Part shown: positions 26,791-35,939 of the stretch, piece by piece
Layout of the letters: each line of letters opens with the position of its first letter
Position numbering within the stretch: the first letter of the stretch is position 1
Program-made: the position numbers and the translations under genes
The notes under the pieces: generated by a model
The model's database searches: none
The model's input: the letters and a program-made list of their open reading frames with translations, nothing else
Told to the model about the DNA's origin: nothing
DNA from: the human T2T-CHM13v2.0 reference genome, Homo sapiens
DNA: 64,000 nt
Assembly (NCBI RefSeq): GCF_009914755.1
Contig: NC_060931.1
Reading direction: 5' to 3' (one strand)

Positions 26791-27765
26791 TGCACGTGGC
26801 CTTCACTGCTCCGATTGCAGGTGGGAGGCGGATGATGGCAGCTCAGGGCCACTCCTGCCCTGAACCAATCCAGGGCAATGGGGAAGTGAATGGAAAGCCA
26901 GTGCCTGCCGTTGTCACCACGTCCCCACGTCACGTGTCCTGCATTGGCCCCTGTCCTAGGAGTGGGTCTGAATGAACCTGAACACCTTCATCAATTCCAG
27001 TGCTCAAGTCTCTCCTCAGAGGCATGAAACAGGCTGCCCAGGGCTGGCCATGACCTCTGGGGGACTCAACAGCCCCCAGCACCCCAGCTCCAGCCCCCTG
27101 GCATCCAGGTCACACCCCTCACCGGGATGCTGTGCAGCTGAGTGCACTAGGCTGGGGGACAGATGCCCCTTCTCACTTGACTTGCTCCTTAATTCTTGGT
27201 CTGCATTCGGCTCCCGCGAATTTGCCTGGCGAGGCCTTCTCCGTGGAGTCAGGTGCTCAGCACCTGCCTGCTGCACCCACATACGCTCTCCCCTGCCCTC
27301 TTTGGAGGTAAGAAGGAAATAAATCCACTTCTTATAAAATTGGCAAAGCCTGGGCACACACTAGTGGTTTACTTTTTGGCCGAAGGACATTTTTCCCAGC
27401 CCCACCTTCAATACGGGGGATGTCCCATGGCCTGGCAGCCGGACACAGAGGAGCTCTATGTGGTGCAAAGAGTGCAGGCCCCAGCCTGGGCCTCACTCAA
27501 CTCCATCTCAACTCTCCCTAAGCAACTGTAAGGGAAGCCAAGGTCACTGGCCTCGGCGCGCCCTTCCGCAGGTCTGCTCACTCGCAGCAGCTGTGTTTGG
27601 GGGACAACGCCCTCCGTTATTTGCCCTCGCAGCTGTTCTAGCACAGAAGGGAGTTTACCAGCACCTACTGCTCAGTAAACGGAAGGTTTTCCGTCTGCCT
27701 TCCACTGCCTTCTGAGAGGTGGAGGAGGAGGAGCAGCCTTGGGAAGCCTAAACTTCTACAGACCC

Positions 27766-30700
27766 TTAAGACACAGCCAAGGGGTGAGGAGGGCCTTGGT
27801 GCCAAGGCAGACACTGCAGAGTGCACAGGGCAAGACCCGAGAGACTCCAGCTGGTCTGAGAGGGGTGCTGGCCATGAGGACACCCCTCAGAAAGGACAGA
27901 TTCCAAGACGGAGCTCTTGATGCATTCCAAGAGCAGCCTCTCTAGACGAGAGTTGCCCAGGGCCCCGAGACCTGAGTGGCATTCTGTGGCCTGGGACATG
28001 GCTGGGCTCTTCCAAATGATTTCCCCAAGAGAGGGGCGCTGGCCATGGACTCTCCTCCAGCGGGCTTTGTTGGAGCCCCCCAAAAGGGGATCATAAGCAA
28101 AGAGGTCTAAAAACCATCTGTGGCTTCTAAATAGAGCGTTTTGGATTGCTGAAGCCTTTCCTCTCCCATAAAGCTTTCTCCAGAGAGACCAGAAGACAGT
28201 AGCATTTAGCCCTGCTTCACCAGAAGGGGCATAGCTATTAGGGAGGTGGTAGGAGTGATGGAGGTGATGGTGGTGGTGGAGGTGGTGAATGTGGTGAGAT
28301 GGTAGAAATGGTGGTGGAGGTGGTGTGGGAGGTGATGGAGGTGGAGGAGGTAGTGGGGATGGGGGAGGCAATGGAGGTAATGGTGATGGAGGTGGTGAAG
28401 GTGGTGATGGAGGTGAAGAAGATGGTGGTAGTGCTGGGGTGGAATTGCTGGAGGTGGTGGAGGTGGTGCAGGTGGTGAAGGTGGTGATGGAGGTGAAGAA
28501 GATGGTGGTAGTACTGGGGTGGAGTTGCTGGAGGTGGTGGAGGTGGTGCAGGCGGTAGAGGTGGTGGAGGTGGTGATGGTGGTGGAGGTGGTGGTGGTGC
28601 AGATAGTGGAGGTGATGAAAGTGGTTGTGGTTTTGATGGAGATCAGGGAGCTGATGGAGCTGGTGGTGTTGTTGGTGGTGGAGATGGAGGTGGTAATAGT
28701 GGTGGGGGTGATGGAAGTGTTGGCGCTGGACGTGCTGGAGGTGGTAGAGTGGTATTGGTGGGGATGGGGGAGGTGATGGAGACAGAGGTGGTGGTAAAGG
28801 TGGTGAAGGTGGTGAAGGTTGTGGAGGTGGTGATTGTGATGGAGGTGGTGACAGTGGTGGAGGTGGTCTTGGTTGTGTTGGAATTGGGGAGCTGATGGAG
28901 CTGGTGGTGATGGAAGTGCTGGAGATCATGGAGGTTGTGAAAGTGGAGGAGGTGATGGAGGTGGTGGAGGTGGCGGTGGATAGGGTGGAGGTGGTAATGG
29001 TGATGGAGTTGGTGGAAGTGGAAGAGGTGATGGAGGTGATGGAGGTGGTGAATATGGTGGAGGTGGTAATGGTGATGGAGTTGGTGGAAGTGGAGGAGGT
29101 GATGGAGGTGGCGGTGGATATGGTGGAGGTGGTAATGGTGATGGAGTTGGTGGAAGTGGAGGAGGTGATGGAGGTGGTGGAGGTGGTGGTGGATATGGTG
29201 GAGGTGGTAATGGTGATGGAGTTGGTGGAAGTGGAGGAGGTGATGGAGGTGGTGGTGGTGGTGGTGTATATGGTGGAGGTGGTAATGGTGATGGAGTTGG
29301 TGGAGGTGGTGGAGGTGGTGGTGGATATGGTGGAGGTGGTAATGGTGATGGATTTGGTGGAAGTGGAGGAGGTGATGGAGGTGGTGGAGGTGGTGGTGGA
29401 TATGGTGGAGGTGGTAATGGTGATGGAGTTAGTGGAAGTGGAGGAGGTGATGGAGGTGGTGGTGGTGGTGGTGTATATGGTGGAGGTGGTAATGGTGATG
29501 GAGTTGGTGGAAGTGGTGGAGGTGGTGGTGGATATGGTGGAGGTGGTAATGGTGATGGAGTTGGTGGAAGTGGAGGAGGTGATGGAGGTGGTGGAGGTGG
29601 TGGTGGATATGGTGGAGGTGGTAATGGTGATCGATTTGGTGGAAGTGGAGGAGGTGATGGAGGTGGTGGAGGTGGCGGTGGATATGGTGGAGGTGGTAAT
29701 GGTGATGGAGTTGGTGGAGGTGGTGGAGGTGATGGAGGTGGTGGAGGTGGCAGTGGATATGGTGGAGGTGGTAATGTTGATGGAGTTGGTGGAAGTGGAG
29801 GAGGTGATGGAGGTGGTGGAGGTGGTGGTGGATATGGTGGAGGTGGTAATGGTGATGGAGTTGGTGGAAGTGGAGGAGGTGATGGAGGTGGTGGTGGTGG
29901 TGGTGTATATGGTGGAGGTGGTAATGGTGATGGAGTTGGTGGAGGTGGTGGAGGTGGTGGTGGATATGGTGGAGGTGGTAATGGTGATGGATTTGGTGGA
30001 AGTGGAGGAGGTGATGGAGGTGGTGGAGGTGGTGGTGGATATGGTGGAGGTGGTAATGGTGATGGAGTTAGTGGAAGTGGAGGAGGTGATGGAGGTGGTG
30101 GTGGTGGTGGTGTATATGGTGGAGGTGGTAATGGTGATGGAGTTGGTGGAAGTGGTGGAGGTGGTGGAGGTGGTGGTGGATATGGTGGAGGTGGTAATGG
30201 TGATGGAGTTGGTGGAGGTGGTGGAGGTGATGGAGGTGGTGGAGGTGGCAGTGGATATGGTGGAGGTGGTAATGGTGATGGAGTTGGTGGAGGTGGAGGA
30301 GGCTTTGGAGGTGGTGGAGGTGGTGGTGGATATGGTGGAGGTGGTAATGGTGATGGATTTGGTGGAAGTGGAGGAGGTGATGGAGGTGATGGAGGTGGTG
30401 GTGGATATGGTGGAGGTGGTAATGGTGATGGAGTTAGTGGAAGTGGAGGAGGTGATGGAGGTGGTGGTGGTGGTGGTGTATATGGTGGAGGTGGTAATGG
30501 TGATGGAGTTGGTGGAAGTGGTGGAGGTGGTGGAGGTGGTGGTGGATATGGTGGAGGTGGTAATGGTGATGGAGTTGGTGGAAGTGGAGGAGGTGATGGA
30601 GGTGGTGGAGGTGGTGGTGGATATGGTGGAGGTGGTAATGTTGATGGAGTTGGTGGAAGTGGAGGAGGTGATGGAGGTGGTGGAGGTGGCGGTGGATATG

Positions 30701-31725
30701 GTGGAGGTGGTAATGGTGATGGAGTTGGTGGAGGTGGTGGAGGTGATGGAGGTGGTGGAGGTGGCAGTGGATATGGTGGAGGTGGTAATGTTGATGGAGT
30801 TGGTGGAAGTGGAGGAGGTGATGGAGGTGGTGGAGGTGGTGGTGGATATGGTGGAGGTGGTAATGGTGATGGAGTTGGTGGAAGTGGAGGAGGTGATGGA
30901 GGTGATGGAGGTGGTGGTGGATATGGTGGAGGTGGTAATGGTGATGGAGTTGGTGGAAGTGGTGGAGGTGATGGAGGTGGTGGAGGTGGTGGTGGATATG
31001 GTGGAGGTGGTAATGGTGATGGAGTTCGTGGAAGTGGAGGAGGTGATGGAGGTGGTGGAGATGGTGGAGGTGGTAATGGTGATGGAGTTGGTGGAAGTGG
31101 AGGAGGTGATGGAGGTGATGGAGGTGGTGGTGGATATGGTGGAGGTGGTAATGGTGATGGAGTTGGTGGAAGTGGTGGAGGTGATGGAGGTGGTGGAGGT
31201 GGTGGTGGATATGGTGGAGGTGGTAATGGTGATGGAGTTCGTGGAAGTGGAGGAGGTGATGGAGGTGGTGGAGATGGTGGAGGTGGTAATGGTGATGGAG
31301 TTGGTGGAAGTGGAGGAGGTGATGGAGGTGGTGGTGGATATGGTGGAGGTGGTAATGGTGATGGAGTTGGTGGAAGTGGAGGAGGTGATGGAGGTGATGG
31401 AGGTGGTGGTGGATATGGTGGAGGTGGTAATGGTGATGGAGTTGGTGGAAGTGGTGGAGGTGATGGAGGTGGTGATGGATATGGTGGAGGTGGTAATGGT
31501 GATGGAGTTGGTGGAAGTGGAAGAGGTGATGGAGGTGGTGGTGGATATGATGGAGGTGGTAATGGTGATGGAGTTGGTGGAAGCAGTGGAGGTGATGGAG
31601 GTGGTGGAGGTGGAGGAGGTAATGGAGGTGGTGGAGGTAGTGGTTGTGGAGGTGGAGGTGGTGATGATAGTGAAGGTGGTGGAGGTAGGGGTGGTGCAGG
31701 TGGTGGAGGTGAAAGAGGTGGTCAT
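27766..31725 (-). other. 1319-codon Thr/Ser-rich (mucin-like) ORF antisense to the VNTR; probably non-coding
   Basis: The ORF is real at sequence level (ATG at 31725). It has no signal peptide, changes register (T/S to P to H) at 28240-28890, and minus-strand stops need TTA/CTA/TCA on a plus strand nearly devoid of C. Confidence value refers to it being translated. Confidence 0.08.
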
Positions 31726-31849
31726 GGTTGTGGTGGCAATGGGGGAGGTGTTGGAGCTGGTGGGGATGGTATTGGAAGGGCTGGAGGTGGTGATGGTGGT
31801 GGAGGTAATGGAAGTGGTGTTGTTGGATTTGCTGGAGATGGTAGAGTAG
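28895..31849 (+). other. 984-codon Val/Glu/Met ORF over the VNTR; probably non-coding
   Basis: Pure translation of the repeat unit (DMVEVVMVMELVEVEEVMEVVEVVV). Confidence value refers to it being translated. Confidence 0.04.
28979..31620. repeat. Homogeneous VNTR core, modal unit 75 bp, about 37 units
   Basis: Consensus GATATGGTGGAGGTGGTAATGGTGATGGAGTTGGTGGAAGTGGAGGAGGTGATGGAGGTGGTGGAGGTGGTGGTG. Length variants of 57, 63, 66 and 72 bp, counted from the translated frame. Confidence 0.97.
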
Positions 31850-33439
31850 TTTTGGTGGGGATCCCGGAGGTGATGGAGCTGGTGAGGATGATGTTGGAAG
31901 GGCTGGAGGTGGTGATGGTGGTGGAGGTAATGGAAGTGGTGGTGTTGGATTTGCTGGAGATGGTAGAGTAGTTTTGGTGGGGATCCCGGAGGTGATGGAG
32001 CTGGTGGTGGTGGTGATGGTGGAAGTGGTGAAGGTGATGAAAATGATAAAAGTGAAGGAGGCGGTGATGTTGGTGGAGGTGGTGGTGCTGGAGGTATTGT
32101 TGGTGATGGAGGCAGTGATATTGGTGGAAGTGGAGGTTGTGGAGGTGGTTGTGGTGGAGATGGAGGAGGTGATGAAGTTGGTGGTGGTGGAGGTGCCAGA
32201 GGTCATGGAGGTGGTGAAGGTGGTGACAGTGTGAAGATGGTGAAAGTGGTGATGGTGGCGGAGGTGATGGAGGCTGTGGAGTTGGTAGAGGCAGTGGTGG
32301 AGGAGGTGATGATGTTGGTGGAGGTGGTGGAGGTGAGGTGGTGCAGGTGGTGGAGGTGATGGAGGTCATGATTGGAGGTGATGAAAGTCACGGTTTTGGT
32401 GGTGATGTGGGAGGTGATGGAGCTGTGGGTGGTGGAAGTGCTGGAGGTAGTAATGGTGGTGGAAGTCATGGAGGTGATGGAACTGGTGGTGCTGTGGGTG
32501 CTGCAGTGCAGGTGGCGGAGGTAATTTTGCTGGGGATTAGGAAGGTGATGGAGCTGGTGTTGGTTGGTGTGGTGGAGGTGGTGATGGTGGTAAAAGTGGT
32601 GACACTGGTGGAGGTGGTGGATTTGATGGAGGTGATGGAGGTGGTGATGGTGGTAGAGGTAATGGTGGTGGTGATGGTGGTTGTGGTGGGAATGAGAAAG
32701 GTAATGCACCTGGTGATGTTGGTGGTGGTGGAGGTATTGGAGGTGTGGAGGTGGTGTGGGTGGTGTTGGAGATAAATATAGTAGAAGCACTGCAGGTGAT
32801 AAAGGTCGTGGAGGTGATGATGTTGGCGGAGGCGATGGAAGTGGTGGAAGCAGTGGTGGTAGCGGTAGAGGTGGTGATAGAGGTGGTAATGGTGGTGGAA
32901 GTGGTGGAGGTGGTAGAGGTGTGGAGGTGGTGGTGGCGGTGGTTGTGGTGGTTGTGGTGGTGAGGTGGTGATGGTGGTGGAAGTGGTGGAGGTGGTAGAG
33001 GTGTGGAGGTGGTGGTGGCGGTGGTTGTGGTGGTTGTGGTGGTGAGGTGGTGATGGTGGTGAAAGTGGTAAAGGTGGTGGTGGTGTAGGTGGTGGTGGCG
33101 GTGGTTGTGGTGGTTGTGGTGGTGAGGTGGTGATGGTGGTGAAAGTGGTAAAGGTGGTGGTGGTGTAGGTGGTGATCGTGGTGGAAGTGGTGGAGATGAT
33201 GGAGGCAGTGGAGGTGATGGAGGTGGGTTGGTAGTGGATGTGATGATGTTGTTGGTGATGATAGAGGTGATGGTGAAGGGGATGGGGGTAGGGGGTAGAG
33301 ATGGGAGAGGTGATGAATGTGGTGGTGGAGGAGGTGGTGGAGGTGCTGGGTGGTGGTGGAGGTGATAGAGGTGGTTATGGTGGTCGAGGTGGTGAAGGTA
33401 GTGGTAGTGAAGGTGGTGAAGGTTGTGGTGATGGAGGTG

Positions 33440-34545
33440 GTGAAGGTGGTGGAGGTGATGGAGGTGGAGGTGGTGGCTGTTGTGGGGATGGGGTGATGGA
33501 AGTGACAGAGGTGGTTGTGATGGTTGCGGTGGTGAAGGTAGTGGTGGTGAAGGTAGTGGTGGTGAAGGTGGTGAAGCTGGTAGTGAAGGTGGTGGAGGTG
33601 GAGGTAGTGGCTGTTGTGGTGGGGGTGATGGAGGTGATGGAGGTGGTTGTGGTAATAGAGGTGGTGAAGGTGGTGGTGGAGGTGGTGGTGGTGGAGATGG
33701 AGATGGTGGCTGTTGTGGTGGAGTTGATGGAGGTAACAGAGGTGGTTGTGGTGGTGGAGGTGGTGAAGGTGGTGGTGGAGGTCGTGCAGGTGGTGGCTGT
33801 TGTGGTGGAGTTGATGGAGGTGATAGAGGTGGTTGTGGTTGTGAAGGTGGTGGTGGAGGTGGTGGAGATGGAGGTGGTGGCTGTTATGGTGGTGGAGGTG
33901 ATGGAGGTGATAGAGGTGGTTGTGCTGGTGGTTGTGGTTGTGAAGGTGGTGGTGGTGGAGGTGGAGATGGAGGTGGTGGCTCTTATGGTGGTGGAGGTGA
34001 CGGAGGTGATAGAGGTGGTTGTGCTGGTGGTGAAGGTGGTGATGGAGGTGGTGGAGGTGGAGGTGGTGGTGGCTGTTGTGATGATGGGGGTGATGAGGTG
34101 ATAGAGGTGGTTGTGGTGGTGGAAGTGGTGGTGGTGAAGATGGTGGTGGAGGTGGTGCAGGTGGTGGCTGTTGTGGTGGAGTTGATGGAGGCGATAGAGG
34201 TGGTTGTGGTTGTGAAGGTGGTGGTGGAGGTGGTGGAGGTGGAGGTGGTGACTGTTATGGTGGTGGAGGTGATGGAGGTGATAGAGGGGGTTGTGGTGTG
34301 GAAGTGGTGAAGATGGTGGTGGAAGTGGAGGTGGAGATGATGATGGTGAAGGTGGTGGTGGAGGTGGTGGTGATGGAGGTGGTAAGAGTGGTGGTGGAGG
34401 TGGTAGAGGTGGAGGTGGTGGCTGTTGTGGTGGAGTTGATGGAGATGATAGAGGTGGCTGTGGTGATGGAGGTAGTGAAGGTGCTGGAGGTGGAGGTGGT
34501 GGCTATTGTGGTGGTGGGGGTGATGGAGGTGCTGGAGATGGTGGA
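33440..34545. repeat. Second, more divergent VNTR domain (about 80-100 bp units)
   Basis: Recurring anchors GGCTGTTGTGG and GATAGAGGTGGTTGTG (about 11 occurrences) that are absent from the 75-bp core. Confidence 0.9.
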
Positions 34546-34673
34546 TATAGTGGTGATGGAGAGGGCAAGGGAGGTGAGCATCCAGGAGAGCTTGAAGGAA
34601 CCTCAGGGATCCCTTATCCCACCCCACCTGCCTAGGGCTGCATGAATAATGAGAGAGAAAATCCATGCTGGAT

Positions 34674-34819
34674 TCCAGAGCACCTGAGTCCCCTGTGGCG
34701 TTTTGCAGGAATATGAGCCCCTGCAGCTGCTTCTCCAGAGCACCTGAGTCCCCCGTGGCGTTTTGCAGGAACATGAGCCCCCGAATGAACCCCTGAATGA
34801 GCCCCCACAGCTGCTTCTC
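34674..34819. repeat. 60-bp tandem duplication with nested 12-bp triplication
   Basis: TCCAGAGCACCTGAGTCCCCYGTGGCGTTTTGCAGGAAYATGAGCCCC at 34674 and 34734. The second copy has ATGARCCCCYGA three times before CAGCTGCTTCTC. Confidence 0.93.
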
Positions 34820-35939
34820 TTCGGGACTGCAGACGAAAGTGTGGAGCTGCTGGCCTGGCTCCCTCAACACTCACGGTCCTTCCCCACCCAGGCGCGGGGA
34901 GGTTCGTCAGAGAATAAGGCTGGACAAGGAGAGGGAACAGGAGGGGAACCTGGCCAGCGTGCTCAGCAGGCAGCGGCTCTTCCCTGGTGCGGGGAGGTGA
35001 CATTGCCATGAGTTGCTGTCAGGCTGTCCCCTGGCCATCGCCTGGGAAGGCTGCAGACAGGGCAGACACTCTGTGTGCCAGAGGGGAGGCAGCACTGTGT
35101 GGCTGTGGGGCTTCTCTGTTTCTGCAGGAGAATCTCTGCTCCAGGGTCAAGCTGTCACCAGGGTGTTAAAAGGGAGCAGTCAGTTGTCTGAAACCCTCTC
35201 TGCTGCCACTGAGAGACATTTTTCCAATTTGTCAACTTATTCACAGAATTGGCAGAGGCTGTAAAATTCTCACAGTCTAGCAACCCTTGACCTCTCCAAT
35301 TTAGAGAGGAACAAATCTAATCACTTTGAGGCTTGAAGAGTTGTTGGAAGCCACATAGGTGGTTTGTGGCTGAGCCGGGTCTGAAGGCCTCGTGACCCTG
35401 AGCCCAGTGTCCTGAAGGATCCACCATCCACGCCCAGCCCAGCTCCCGCTGCCGCCTCCTCCCCACTGCATCTGGCCACGCCACCCTCCCAGGGCCAGAT
35501 ACAATCCCAGCAGTGCTACTTAATGAGAAATTGCAGAGACGTAGTCATTAAAGTGAGGTCCTTGTCTTGTTTTCTAATAAAATGGAACTAGTGCTTACCA
35601 TATATTGTCCATGTAAGATGATGCTGGCAAATGGTTCTCTAGTGGCTGGATCATGGCAGGGGCTCAGGAGCCTTGGTAACCATCATTATTACCATTGTTA
35701 TCTGCCAGGTCTTCTTTTTTATTTGGTAGTTAAAAAACCAGTATGCTGAGAAAACTATTACTGCCCACTAAGAGATCCTACCTGTTGATGAGGGAATTCA
35801 GTATTTAATTCTCTGTGGAAAAGGAACTTCATTAGAGATTCCCAAATGTCAATTGGAAGACATTTTGTTTTTAAAGAACTATGTTTTCCTCTTTCTTAAT
35901 TTGAGTGTGAACATATATGATTGCAAAAGACACAAAGTA

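Larger units (their letters stand above)
28242..34565. repeat. ~6.3 kb compound (GGT/GGA/GAT)-rich tandem array
   Basis: Continuous triplet-based sequence, G-dominated with almost no C on the plus strand, with sharp boundaries to unique DNA. Confidence 0.99.

Noticed and set aside
28979-31620. CRISPR-like or spacer-containing array
   Set aside because: No unique spacers; variation is only triplet gain or loss and point variants. The DNA is clearly primate.
30434-32206. 590-aa His-rich ORF on the minus strand
   Set aside because: Reverse translation of GTG/GAG/ATG repeats, ended by a sporadic TTA variant. No gene structure.
33301-34870. Overlapping Val-, Gly-, His- and Thr-rich ORFs
   Set aside because: Alternative frames of the same low-complexity array with frequent register shifts.
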